Notes: generated from the letters alone by a model not told the origin. 63,156 nt of DNA, filler included, from Fonticula-like sp. SCN 57-25 (GCA_001724245.1; 12 parts of 12 records of this genome joined end to end with filler, not necessarily neighbours in it), one strand, 5' to 3'. Positions 24,655 to 37,114 are shown, counted from the whole stretch's first letter. A program made the numbers and translations.

Positions 24655-26652
24655 ATGGAGCGGGTGTTTGCGTCGGCGGCATCGTCGAGCCAGGGCCATC
24701 TCCAAAAGTCCTCTGATGTTTTCTGGCGCACCAAGTCGGTTCTTTTGACCAAGTCTGCCGACAGTGACGCGTCCGTCGCTGCACGCAATGTCTGCGCCGT
24801 TGCCGAGTCGCACATGCGCCAGGGGCAGCATTCCCGCGCCTTTGCGCTGCTCAAGCATGACCGCCTGCACATGACCAACCTCGCGTGCATGCATCGCGCG
24901 GCGCTCTGCCTCGTGGCCATGCGCGACTGGGTGGCCGTCAAGGAGCTGCTTGGCGATCAGACGCCCGCGGCCGTCGAGTCGACCGAATCCGATCCCGAGC
25001 AGAGGCGGCAGGTACGATGTTGTTGCGGTCGTTTGATCCCCCATGCTGATTATCCGCATCGCGCAGCTTCTCTCTGGCCTTTCCTTCCTCCGCGGCCGCC
25101 TCAATCAGAGCCTTCAGAACGGCCCGCGTGCCGCCGAGCACTATGATGCCGCGCTCATGCACGACCCCCTCAACTATGGCGCCATCGAGATGCTCGGCAC
25201 GTTCCATCTCCTCACGCCATCCCAAGAAACCCAGCTCGTCGCCCGCATCGTGCAGCGCTGCAAATCCCTTTCCATTCCCGGCGGCGATGTCATCGGCGCG
25301 CTCTACACGACGCAGCTCTCCAAGTTCATCACGACACCCGATCTCAGCGCCGCCTTCGCAGCGCTCGAATCGCACGGGCTGCGGGACGATCTCGACGTCC
25401 GCGCCAGCTACGCAGAGTCGCTTTTTTACCGCCACGCGCTCCGCGACGCCCTCACGCACACCTCATGGTACGCTTTGCACCCTCTTTTTCGCTGATGATC
25501 ATCTGACGATGCCGCCATCTCTGCCTTTACTCAGGGTCATTGCCCGCGATGCGCATCACCAGCGCGCACTTCTCGTTCACCTCGCCGTCCTCTACGAGCT
25601 CGGCCAAGTGAACGACATTTTCCTGCTCGCACACAGCCTCGTCGACAACTGCCCCGAGCAGGCGATCAGCTGGTACGCAGTCGGCGTCTACAACCTCGCC
25701 GCCGGAAAGTACAACGACGCCAAGCGCTACTTTAGGTACGCACATTTTTGACAATATTTTAGACAATATTATTGAACAATTGACGTCACAAATGACGTTA
25801 TTTTGGTCTATTTCGTGTCTAATATTCAACTTTTACTGCAGCAAGAGCACAGTACATGAACTTGACCGCGACTTTCCCGCCGGCTGGATCGGCTTTGGCC
25901 ACGCCTTTTCCCTCCAGCGCGAGCACGACCCCGCCATCAGCGCGTACTCCACCGCCGCGCGGCTCTACCAGGGCTGTCATCTTCCCCTTGTCTTTCTCGG
26001 AATGGAATACCAGCGCATGAGCGACATGAACAAGTGCGACAGCTCGCTTCAGCTGGCGTTTTCGATTGCGCCGAGCGACTATTTGACGGAAAACGAGCTT
26101 GGTGTGAAACATTATCGGCTTAATAATACTGCGGCTGCGTTGCTTCATTTTAGGCGTGCAATTGGGATTGTTGAGGCGCAAGAGTGTCACAAGTCGATTT
26201 TTTATGCGCTTTTGCTCAACGCGGCTTATGCGCACCGACGCCTCGGGTACGATTTTTGAAACTTTTTGGGCTTTTTTGGCACTGAAACTGAATATGAAAC
26301 TGGTTCTGACGCGCTCATTTTTAGGAATTTTGCCGAGGCAGAGGCGCTTTTGTACCGCGCGCTGCTGATTGACCCCAAGATGCCCGCGGCGCACGCGCTG
26401 CTGGGGCTTGTGCACCATGAGCAGGACAGGCTGATCGAGGCGATCGAGTGCTACCATCGTGCGCTGGCGGTGCGCGCTGATGATCCGCCGACGACGATTT
26501 TGCTGTCGTGCGCGCTGCAGGAGTTTGCAGAGGCGGAGCAGTCGGTGCCAGAGGGGCCGACGTGGCCGACGGAGGAGGAGGATCAGGAGGAGGAGATGCA
26601 GGAGGATGAGCAGGAGATGGACATGGATGATGTCAGCATGGAGCTCGAGTGA
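24655..26652 (+). CDS. CDC16: Anaphase-promoting complex subunit 6 (CDC16), TPR protein, 5 exons
   Basis: LAHSLVDNCPEQAISWYAVGVY, AKRYFSKST, WIGFGHAF....EHDPAISAYSTAARLYQGCHLP. Confidence 0.92.
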
Positions 26653-26769
26653 TCTTATTTGGCATGAAGNNNNNNNNNNNNNNNNNNNNNNNNNNNNNNN
26701 NNNNNNNNNNNNNTTAATTAATTAANNNNNNNNNNNNNNNNNNNNNNNNNNNNNNNNNNNNNNNNNNNN

Positions 26770-27500
26770 TCTCTACTGCCTTTTCCTTGACTTCTTCCTC
26801 CTCCTCTGCTATTGTCTCGATCGTCTCCTCTATTGTCGGCGTCTGCGCCGCCGACTCCTTCTTTGGCGACCGCAGCGGCGAGCCCGCCGCCGCCTCGTCG
26901 CGCTTGGTCGACGATCTTCTCCTGACGATGCCGCCGCTGTTGATGGATCCCGAGCTCTGGCCACGCGCGATGGCGCGCGCCTGCTTGTTTTGGCGACGAA
27001 GGCACGCGAGATCGTCGGCTGTGCCGATCGAATACGACACGGGGTTTGGCGAGCGGGCGACAGGGGACGGCACGCTGTCGGACGCGGACGATGCTCCGCG
27101 GCGGCGGGATGAGGAGCGCACAGGGCCGCCATCGGGCGACGCGTCATCGGGAGAGGACATGGTCGCGCGGCTATCGGCGAGATGGTTGCGCGATTTGCGG
27201 CGATCGGCGCCGCGGGGACGGACCGCGAGGGGGTCAAAGTAGCCGACAACGCCTTCGCATTGGCCCTGGGAGCCGCACGCGGCATCAGTACACGAGTCAA
27301 TGGCGGCATCCAAACGGTAAAAGACGCACCTTCCACCGAGAGGGGTCTGAAGTATCCACTACGTGAATCACCTCGCCTTTTAGAAACATAAGGTCGTCGT
27401 CTTCCACGGCCGCCACATCTCTAATTGCGACATACTCGCCTGCGCAGAAAGAAGTGTTAGCGAGGCGCACATTACACGCGCGGCACGCACGGCCCTGCAT
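26770..27500 (-). CDS. Protein with N-terminal SH3 domain (3'-truncated)
   Basis: Spliced MQGREYVAIRDVAAVEDDDLMFLKGEVIHVVDTSDPSRWK|GQCEGVVGYFDP, followed by a Ser/Arg-rich region. Confidence 0.75.
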
Positions 27501-28280
27501 CTTCGGTGCCGCCAAAAAAGAATGTTGATCACGTGAGATCGATGTAATTTTTATGTATTTCTCTCATGTCCAGCGGCTTTTCGTTGCATTGGCATTAAAA
27601 TAAGACAAACGCATAATGGGAGCGGCACCAGTACCTCATTTTGAATGTATCATATTGCTTACTGCTTATTTGGTTACGGAAAAAAAAATTTTTTGAATAG
27701 GCACAAAATAGTGGTTAGAATGAAAAGCCACTTGCTCTTGATTTACACCCTACCTGATAGAATGCTTCAATTTCTTATTTATTTTTGTCTTTTTTTGTCT
27801 CTGAGCATATCTAATTTGCAGAAATATACCATCATGTTTTTTCATCATTTTTATTCGTTTTCAGTGCATTTTATGTCATTGTACACAAGGTCCATCAATC
27901 AGTATCCACACAAAAACTGTCTCACGTGACCTTGTGTCTCAATGACAACACTATGTAGTTTATGTTCATTGATGCAGTACTTTGCCCCTCTGTGTTCAAA
28001 GAGTGTTCTATACAAAAACTGACAATATTTTCATGGTCGTTATTGCCTGCATCATGTATTGTACATTTATAATAAAATATCTAGAGGAGAGCATTGAAGT
28101 TCTAAATGAAAAAACGCAATCAAAACACCTGCAAAATTAACGCAAAAGACGATCAATACTCCTCAAAACTTGAAAAATAACACGAGAGTGGTGCCACTTT
28201 GGAATAGAGCCACAATCTAATAGCAAGTCCAGTTTGCACATTCAGTTTGCAGTATTTGTTTTGACCAAACGACTCTTTCT

Positions 28281-29231
28281 TCAACTCTTTTTCGTGTAGT
28301 TCACCTTTACAGTGCTAGCCGCCACGTGATTCGGAATAGCCCAGTGGTACGCGCGCCAAATCCAGAACCCGACCGCGTAGATGATCTCCTTCACGGCCGG
28401 CACCGACCAGTGCACGACGCTCGCCGGCAGCATTTTGGCGAGCAGCACAGCCGGCAGCAGTACTGGCGACAGCATCAGCAGCACCAATGAATACACGAAA
28501 ATGGTTCTCTACTCGCAGCATCAGGTCAGTTTAAAGATCACTATAAAAGGCAGTCGAGCCACGAGGCGCACCCTGCGCGTGCGGTCGTGCGACGGAAGGC
28601 CTTCGAGCGCCTTAATGTACTCGCCGTCGAGGCCGTTTTGCTTTGCGCCGTCAATGATCATGTTGAGGTAGCGACGCGATGGCATCCCGCCAGTCACCTG
28701 AGTGTCAGAGTAGAGCGTGTAGGCGATCACCGTTCGGCCGTCATACAGCGTCACTGCCAAAAAGTCAATAGCGCGTTCAGCAGTCAATATACAAAGCGCG
28801 CACCGTTCACGGCGACGGGAAGGTATCCGCGGCCGTGGCCCGCGCGGCCCTCGGTCAGCAAAAGGCGGGAAAAGTCGGAGCGGGAGAGCTTGATGGCCGA
28901 GCCGTGGACGCAGTGGCTCTCGCACGGCTCCACGTGGGCAAAGACGGGCTCGACGGCGGGGACGCCGAGATGGCAGAAGGAAAGGCGGTGGTGCTCCAGG
29001 ATGGCGCCAACGCGCTCCAGCGGCTGAAGGCGGCGGCGGTGCAGGGCCTACGTCATGATCGTTATTCGAACCGCATTGGACTGCATCAAAGCGTACCTTT
29101 TCATTGAGGTTGGCGCCGTAGGCAAAGTTCCATAGCTCGGTGACGCTCGGGTCCTCTGCGCAGCGCAAGATCGTTAGGAAAAGAGGCTACATGACCACCG
29201 ACGTACCCCACGGACGATCGCTGATGTCCAT
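28281..29231 (-). CDS. Gamma-glutamylcyclotransferase-like (GliK-like) protein with hydrophobic C-terminus, 5 exons
   Basis: Spliced WNFAYGANLN, EPVFAHVEP...VHG, LLLTEG....GY and PSRRYLNMIIDGAKQNGLDGEYI..L. Confidence 0.82.
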
Positions 29232-29250
29232 GATGACGCTATTGACGCGC

Positions 29251-29290
29251 ACCAATCAAATGCCTTCATTTTGCAAAGCGACCAATCAAA
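29251..29290. promoter_or_regulatory. Bidirectional promoter with two ACCAATCAAA boxes 30 bp apart
   Basis: Identical 10-mers at 29251 and 29281 within the 91-bp gap between divergent ATGs. Confidence 0.65.
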
Positions 29291-29322
29291 AGTAATGTAA
29301 GACGGCTATCACCGACACAACA

Positions 29323-30468
29323 ATGCGGACGGTGATCGTGACGGGATCGACGAGGTGCGCCGCCGCCGCTTTCTCGACTTCTTGGCTGACGCTGCGCGCG
29401 TGGTAGTGGCATTGGCCTTGCTGCCGTTGAGCGGCTCTGCGACGAGGAGCGCGATGTTCATGTGATCATGGCGTGCCGCAATCGCGCCAAGGGCGAGGAG
29501 CAGCGGTCGCGCCTGGTCGCGCAGTACCCTGCGAGCAGCATTGAGGTGATGGTGGTCGATGTGAGCATCCCTGCGTCCGTCTACGCGTTCTGCGACGAAT
29601 TCCGCTCGCGCTTCAAGTCGGTCGACACTGTCTTTTGCAATGCCGGTGTGCTTCCCGTGAAGGGTCTCCGTTACCGCATCCTCTTTGAAACGCTGCTCCG
29701 CCGCGGCGTCGAGCACATCATCCTGACGGGCGCCGAGGACTTTCTCGTGCAGTCGCAGCACCTGATCACCAAGGAAGGGCTCGGCGAGGTGTTTGCGACA
29801 AACATCTTTGGCCATTTCCTGCTCGTGTCCGAGCTGCAGGACATGATGGCCGGCGGGCGCATCGTGTGGACGTCTTCCACGTCGGCCGACAAGACCTACT
29901 TTTCATGGGACGACCCTCAGCACAGGAGCGGGTACGTTTTTAATATATATTAAAAGTAGTTTACTGACGACCCTTTTATGTAATAATTAGCGCATTTCCG
30001 TACCAGTCGAGCAAGTATGTCGAGTCGCTTCTTTCGCGCGGCTTGACGCGTCGCCTGAGCCCCCAGCGCACCGTGTCTGTCCTCGCGGCGCCCGGCTTTG
30101 TTGTCTCACAGCTCGTGGCCAATTTCCTCCCTCTCGTCCTCTGCTACGTGGCCATATTTTTCTGCACGCTTCTTCGCCCTTTCGCGCAGACGGCGACGCT
30201 CAACAATTTCAACGGCGCCGAGTCGCTCCTGTTCACGTTTAGGCTGCCGCACGAGGAGCTGCGCGCGGACCGCGAGTACGTCAGCTGCACGTCGCTGCTG
30301 CCGATGAGCAACCCTTTTACGGGCGCGGGCGGGAGGAGGTACGTCCAGCAGATGCCGCACGCGGTCGATACGACCGAGGAGGAGGACAGGCTGCTGCGCT
30401 ACTTGGACGAACTGAAAAAGGAGTTTGATACGAAAAACGGACGCAAGGGGAGCGCTAAACTGAATTAA
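29323..30468 (+). CDS. HSD17B7: 3-keto-steroid reductase (ERG27/HSD17B7), 3 exons
   Basis: VIVTGSTSGIGLA, IMACRN, FCNAG, GLGEVFATNIFGHF, IVWTSS, D.QH and PYQSSKY. Confidence 0.85.
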
Positions 30469-30639
30469 TTAAAGGAATGCGGCGGCGATGCGCATTTTGA
30501 GTATGGGTGTATTTTTGAGCATTTTTTGTGGTTTTGAACAGCGCCGTTTCGCAAAAAGAGACTGCGGTAAAAAGTGAATAAAATTGATTACAAATGATGA
30601 TGATTGAGTATGTACAGTGTTTTGCAAACATGTGTGGCA

Positions 30640-31392
30640 CTATGCCAGCATGTAGAGCATCAGGAGGATAATACAGAATGCGACGACACCGGCCATGATG
30701 ATTTGATCGCGACGCTTGCGCGCCTGGATCTTGCCAATGAGGTTGTTAAGGCCGGGGAAGCGCGACGCGAGGCCGGTCACGCGGAACGACGACGAGCCGA
30801 GCGACGAGCGCTGCCGGTGAAGATTCTCTTGCGTCGAGTAGGCCATGCTAGATCGATCGTTAGCGATGACGCAAGCGATTTAAAAGGGATCGTACTCGAT
30901 GATTTGATTCGTCATTTGGTTCGATCTGTCGACATGCTGCCGCTCCGATAATAGATATTCTCCCCTCTGCGACGTTTTGTAAGCGTTAATATCGCTCCTG
31001 ACCGACGACAGCAGCTCAGATTGCTCGCGGTGGGCGGTCAGGTTGGCCCGCGTCTTGCGGTACTCATTCGTATAATCGTAGAGGATCTCGCGGTGGCGCT
31101 GCAGGGCGTGCTGCACGGCCGACGATCCCTGCATCCCCGCGATGCGCGTCATGGCGTCAATGACATCGCCGAGCTTCCTCAGCAGCTCGTCGATCTCTTG
31201 CGCGGCGAGATCGGCGAGCCGATCGGCCGACGTCGCGGGCGTGCTCGCCATCTTGGCGTAGGCAACAAGGCGCGCATCAATGTCGCTTTCCGTCTGCCGC
31301 GCCTGTCGCCGAAGGCTCTCCCAGTCGTCGTGCGGAGGGGCCAGCGCAGAAAGGCCCCCGGACGATCCGGACTTTGCCACCGTCCCCGACAT
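30640..31392 (-). CDS. GOSR1: Golgi SNARE GOS1/GOSR1, 2 exons
   Basis: WESLRRQARQTESDIDARL..Y, HALQRHREILYDY, RFPGLNNLI.KI..RKRRD.II plus C-terminal TM helix. Confidence 0.92.
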
Positions 31393-31445
31393 TGCCGACA
31401 CGAGAAGAGTGACGAAGCAATCAACCACACCCTCGGCGATGGATT

Positions 31446-31465
31446 TGACGTCACTGATGACGTCA
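31446..31465. promoter_or_regulatory. Two perfect CRE palindromes (TGACGTCA) between divergent genes
   Basis: TGACGTCA at 31446-31453 and 31458-31465. Confidence 0.55.
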
Positions 31466-31468
31466 GTT

Positions 31469-31898
31469 ATGGGTGAACTTTGCAGTTGGCTTGGCATGGT
31501 GCCTGGCGGCTGGTGAAAATAATGATGGTGACATGAGCCTTACAAACTCTTTTCTTCGCCGTCTGCTCGCTGCGTTAGAATTTGGGCTACGAGCTCAGTC
31601 AAGTCCGCGTCGACATGCGCCGACAAGCAGAGGGTGCGCTACTTTCTGCTCCGAAACATCCGACGTACTTATACTCCGTTTTGCTGCCAGAGGCCCTGAA
31701 CAAGCTCGAACAGGCAGACCGGTCCGACATCGCTGCGGCGCAATCGGCCGCACTGAGCTCTGCCGACGCCATCCCTATGTGCGTGCGCATTCTGAAGCGG
31801 GATGCGCCATCCGGCATCGATCAAGTGCCAGAATGTGGCAGTGACCGGGCTGTTCGGCGTGTCGACACCGCTGCAGCTGTCTTGTGCAAGTTTACACA
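31469..31898 (+). CDS. Hypothetical protein 5' fragment (possibly importin-beta/HEAT-like N-terminus)
   Basis: Phase-compatible short introns give ...VDMRRQAEEALNKLEQ...; only a weak resemblance to IBN_N. Confidence 0.35.
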
Positions 31899-31998
31899 NN
31901 NNNNNNNNNNNNNNNNNNNNNNNNNNNNNNNNNNNNNNNNNNTTAATTAATTAANNNNNNNNNNNNNNNNNNNNNNNNNNNNNNNNNNNNNNNNNNNN

Positions 31999-34900
31999 CG
32001 AAAAGGTACTCAGTAGACTATTTGGGAAGTGAGTAAAAGTGGGTTAAAGTGGGAGAAAATAGTAAAAAGTGACAAAAAAGTAGTTAAAATGAAGTAAAAT
32101 GGACTAAAATGATCAAAAAAGTACCCAAAAAGTACCATAAACAGAAAAATGACACCCAATAATGTCAAAACACAAATTCAAATTACACCAAAAAACACTC
32201 AAATTACACCAAAATTACACCAATAACAAACTCAAATTACACCTAAATTACACCAATAACAAACTCTAATTACACTCCATACACTCTAAATTACCATAAT
32301 ACATTTTTCTTTCCTTCTTTTTCCCTTCTATTTTCCCTTCTATTTTTCCTTCTATTTTTCCTTCTATTTTTCCTTCTATTTTTCCTTCTATTTTCCTCTC
32401 TCTCTTTCACGTACCTCTCAAATTCAACTAGAAACCCAATTGCCGCCATCTGCCTCACCCCCCTTTCACTTCCTCTCCCAATCACCCCCCCAAACACCGT
32501 CACCAACGCAGCCATCGCCTGCCCCACAACACAATCCACCCTCACCTTCATAACAACATCATTCAATTTCCCTGCATCTTCCTTTACAGCACTCATTTCT
32601 AATGAATGCGCAAACTGATCAGCAAGCAATTCAGCCGTTTTTACAGTCTGATTAAGCGTTTCAACTAAACTGTCCACGTGGGCGGATTCAATACCACTTG
32701 CTGCTGCCTTTATGACCATAGTCAGGGCTGGTAGGCCAATCACATTCATGCGGTCGACAAGGCGTTTAATGTCGCCAGAGTCCCATGAGGAAAGTTGGCG
32801 GCCAATTTCGAAAAGGCGCGAAGCGGAATTGACGAGTGTGTCGCGCTGCCCCTCAAGTAAGTCGCGCTGCCCCTCAAGAGCGGGTGTGTTTATTGGGAGT
32901 GTTCGTAAAATGGTGCTTATTTGGGTGCCGCTTTGTTGGACTCGCTTGCGAAGCGATAATACTTCTTGTTTAAGTGAAAGTGCGGAGGCAGACAAGACAA
33001 ATGTGCTTACGTCAGCTTCAACGGTATCTGACGACGTATCTGATGACGTCATAGATGGAAGGGGTGATAGGGTTGGAATATTCGAATCGCGGAATCCTGC
33101 CCATGCGCCCAGCTTGGAAATGCCGCCACGAACACGCGTGAATGACTGTGTCAATCTGTCACGTGATTTGTCACGTGATTTGTCATCTGTACTGGTGGAA
33201 ATAGTAGAAGGTGAAGAAGTGGAAGGGAAAGTGGTGAGTGATTGGGCGCCGCCTTTTTTGAAGCCGAGGAGGTGTGCGGCGGGTGCGCCAAAGGTGACAG
33301 TGTCATAATAAGTGGCTAAAGGGAAGGGAATGAGTGAGAAGAAGGGAAAGGAAGGGTAAAAGGAAAGGGAAAGAGTGAGAAATTGATATGAAATGGGGTA
33401 AGAAAAGGTATCAAAAGAGGCAGAAAGGCATATAGAAAGGCATAAAAGCATATCAAAAGAGACCAACAATACATCAAAGGGTATATCAAAAGAGACCAAT
33501 AATACATGAAAAAGAGTCATGAAAGAGACCAACAATACATGAAAAACAGTCTCAAAAGACACAAAAATGTTTCAAAAACACTCTTAAATGACATAAAAAT
33601 ACATCAAAAAGAGTCATAAAAGATACAATAATACACCAAAACACCTTTCAAAAGACACAAATACACATCATAACACCTTTCAAAAGACACAAAAATATAT
33701 CAAAACACGCTCAAATAACACACATAATCAATCTACGTACGAGTCTGTGACTCTCCATCGACGACAATAAGCTCCTGCAAATGCAAATTAACAGCAACAA
33801 ACTGCAAATTTTCATCCTTTTTCGACGTTGACGGTCTAAAACTGCGCCCATGATAGTCACTTAGGAAGGTCACGTGTTTTTGGTATTCGCGTAAGAGTTC
33901 GTTGTGGCGGTCGATTTGGCGGCGTCGGACGGCGTCGAGCATCACATTCGTGCCATCGGGGTAACTAAAAAAGGGTTTAGATATGAGAAAGGGTGAAGAA
34001 ATAATAAAAATAGATATAAGAATGACAACATTAGATATGAAAATGTAAATATTAGATATGAGAATGGAAATAATAGACAGAAAATGATAGAAATTAGATA
34101 TGAGAATGACAACATTACATAAGAGAATGAAAACATTAGATATGAAATTATGAAAAATAGACACATATAATCATAACAGTTAGATATGAGAATGACAACA
34201 TTAGACACATAATCATAACAATTAGATATGAAAATGACAACATTAGATATGAAATCAACATATAATGAAATCAATTATATCATATTATCATAAACATTAT
34301 ATTGTACCTGCTAAACTCGGCAATGATTGACTCTTCTTCCGCAATACGCAATTTCAAAAACTGCATCGGAACAATAAACGCAAAAACACTCTCTGTCAAT
34401 GTCTGCACATAATTATCAGTATTTAAAAAAAGAGCCAATTTCATATCAAATATCGTACCACTTTGCACTTTACCACCTGCATCGCCGTATTCAACGCCCT
34501 AAACGACCTCGAAATCCGCTCAAAAACAACCCCCGTCACAGGACACGTCATCAAATTTAAAAGAGCCTTTGGCTGCTCTTCTCTGATTGGTCGAGACGGC
34601 ATAATTGAAATGATTGCGTCAGTGTCGGTCGCGTCGACACTTCGGTTTTCCTTGCTGATTGGGATGGCGAGCTCGCCGTCGATAGAGTCGATGAGGTCGA
34701 CAAGTGTGCACATGATTTCACCCCAGAATTTGAGCTAATTTGGGGGGAAAAGTGAGAAAAAGAAGGAAGAAAGTGAAGAAAAGTGATGAAAAGGGACAAA
34801 AAGGGACAAAATATGCCAATTTAAAAGAAACAAAAATGTGATGAAAAGTGACAAAAAGTTATGAAGAGTGACAATAAAGTAACAAAAGAGTGTCAAAAAA

Positions 34901-36219
34901 TGCAAATTTAAAAGTAACAAAAAAGTGACGAAAGGTGACAAAATTACATCAAAATACACCAAAACACACCAATATCCAACAATTTTCACCAAATTTTCAC
35001 CCATATTTTCACCCAATTTTCACCCATATTTCCACCCATATTTCGTTCGTACACGCTCGCTTTCAATATCCTCCACCCGATACAACCTCACCTTAAAATA
35101 ACTCTGCACCGGATTCTCAATCTCATTATCAATCTCAACCGTCGCCAACGCCTCAATAATAAGCGACTTTTGCGTCGCCTTTCCCTCGCACACTTCCGTC
35201 TTTGCGAGCTCGGTAAAGCGGCCTGAAAGGTGGTCCGAGCGCAAAACGACGAGTTGGTAGTCGTTGGAGCTGTCGATGGCGGTGTCGGCGCCGCGCGAAA
35301 TGACGCATTTGAGGGCAAGTTCAAGTGTACTGTAGCGTGTGACGTGTCAGAAAAGGCAGGAAAAAGAGGGAAAAAGAGGAAAAAGGGGGCGTACGGAGGC
35401 TTGCTGGGGACGCGCGGCGCGTCGCGAGGAAGAGAGGGAGTAGGGATTTTGCTGCGGATGTTTAGGGAAGAGGAGCTGCCGTTGCGTTCCATGTCGATGT
35501 CGGCGGATTCGATCGATTCCTGTGCACATCGCATGTCGCATGTCAGAATGGCATGGGATTCGGAAAGAATGGCGTACGAGATCGGGAGAGTCGGGCATGT
35601 CGGGCGAGCCGGGAATGGTGCCGGTGCCCAGGGAGAGCAGCTTGCGTAGGCGCGCGTTCTCGGCGGCGACGCGATCGTAGGCGGCGCGCTGGCGGGCAAA
35701 GGTGGCGTTCTCGATGGCCTTGATCCAGCGCGTCATGTCGTCACTGTAATGCGCGAGCATCAGGCATCAGAATCACATAAAAATGCACTTAAATTCAAGA
35801 AAAAAGACGTACTTGTCCATGGCGATGAGCACGTAGGATCGTGATTGGCCGCCAAACTGGATTGTAAATGCCCATGCGACCTCCTCGGTTGCGGGCGCTG
35901 GCTTGACTGTTGATCCTTCCAGGAGGATGAAGCCGACGGGCGTGAGGTCTTGTGCCGTCTTAAAGTAAAAGAGAACGTTTCCTTTTAGGATAAACCAGCG
36001 CTGGCGAAAGGTCGAGTTGTTGGCGCCGCGCTTGAGCAGGAATCCCTTGTGATCCACATTGGTCGCCTCGCCGGCGAATGCCACAATCTCGCGCTCATTG
36101 AAGCGGATGCTTGACCCGAAAAAGGAGCTGGAAGAGGGCTCGCTGGGGGCGCTCGGCGCTGCAGCGCCGCCCCCAGACGTCGACAGCGTCCGTACCCGCT
36201 GTATGATGCTGAGCGCCAG
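31999..36219 (-). CDS. INPP4: Inositol polyphosphate 4-phosphatase with N-terminal PH domain (3'-truncated; start codon uncertain)
   Basis: PH: RFNERE..F......DHKGFLLKRG.....RQRWFILKGNVLFYFK. INPP4 motifs: ESVFAFIVP, SFRPSTSKKDENLQFVAVNLHLQ, YDTVTFGAPAAH..GFKKGG and IGFLVEFE|SLLST. Confidence 0.88.
32040..35045. repeat. Long strand-biased AT-rich introns of INPP4 built from degenerate minisatellites
   Basis: AAATTACACC units (32180-32290), TTTT(C/T)CTTCTA 12-mers (32320-32395), TTAGATATGAGAATGACAACA units (33975-34255) and AATTTTCACC 10-mers (34980-35040). Confidence 0.8.
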
Positions 36220-36499
36220 GTCAGCGCCGACACGTTACAGGTGAGGGGCGCGGCGGAAAGCAATTCGATCTGGCCAATCAGCGCGGTTATACCGTCACGC
36301 CAGCCAATCAGGATCGAGGTTGTGCATGTCCGGGCGTAATCTTTGTGGGCTGACCAACGGCTGGGCGACGTGGCATATTCAAAAAGTGGCAAAAAGTGGC
36401 ATAAATACTCAAAAAGTGACGTGGCATATTCAAAAAGCGTCGTGTCATATTAAAGATTTCATACAAAAAAGTACAAGAAAGTGGATCAAATCGAATCGT

Positions 36500-37114
36500 T
36501 CAGAGAATCGATGTCCACTGCGTCGTTGAGCACTCGACCTTGTCTGTGGCCTGCTGATGTGCCGCACACGTGACCGGTCTCCTGCAGCGCTCGCTGCACG
36601 CGACAGTCGCCGTGGATATCCTTCTCTGCAGCTCAGTCTCGCTCATGAGCCGCTTCGAGATGTAGATGTCGTCGGGATGGTGCTCGTCGATGCGGACAGG
36701 ATCGAGAAAGTTGGACTTGCGGAAGAGCTCGCGCAGCTCGGACGGGTTCCTGTTAAGCTCAACTTGCACGACATTGATAGGGAAAGAAGGGTTGTTGAGG
36801 TTGAACGTCTTGATCAGGTCGTACTCGTAGCCCTCAGTGTCGATGATCATGTAGTCGAGGCGCGGGAAGCCGGCCTGCTTGACGACCTGATCCAGCGTGT
36901 AGCACTGCACGGTAATGTTCTTGAATGGGTAGACGGCGTTGTTGACATTGCGCTGCTTCTCGGTCGGGAAGGTGTCGTAAAAGCCGCTGTGGCCTTTGAG
37001 CGTCGTAAAGTCAATGAAGGAGCGCGGGCCCTCGCGATCGCACAGGGCGCCGTTGAATGCCATGCAGGAGCGAACGCGCTGGACATTCTCGAAATGATGC
37101 GGGAGAGGCTCTAT
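36500..37114 (-). CDS. FkbM-family methyltransferase (5'-truncated)
   Basis: IEPLP..F, AFNGALC, VQCYTLD, LDYMIIDTEGYEYDLI and VVQVE. Confidence 0.8.
   Translation of the reverse strand: MEPLPHHFENVQRVRSCMAFNGALCDREGPRSFIDFTTLKGHSGFYDTFPTEKQRNVNNAVYPFKNITVQCYTLDQVVKQAGFPRLDYMIIDTEGYEYDLIKTFNLNNPSFPINVVQVELNRNPSELRELFRKSNFLDPVRIDEHHPDDIYISKRLMSETELQRRISTATVACSERCRRPVTCAAHQQATDKVECSTTQWTSIL

Noticed and set aside
36367-36437. CRISPR-like repeat-spacer-repeat
   Set aside because: Only two units, the spacer is made of the same motif, the context is eukaryotic and there are no cas genes.
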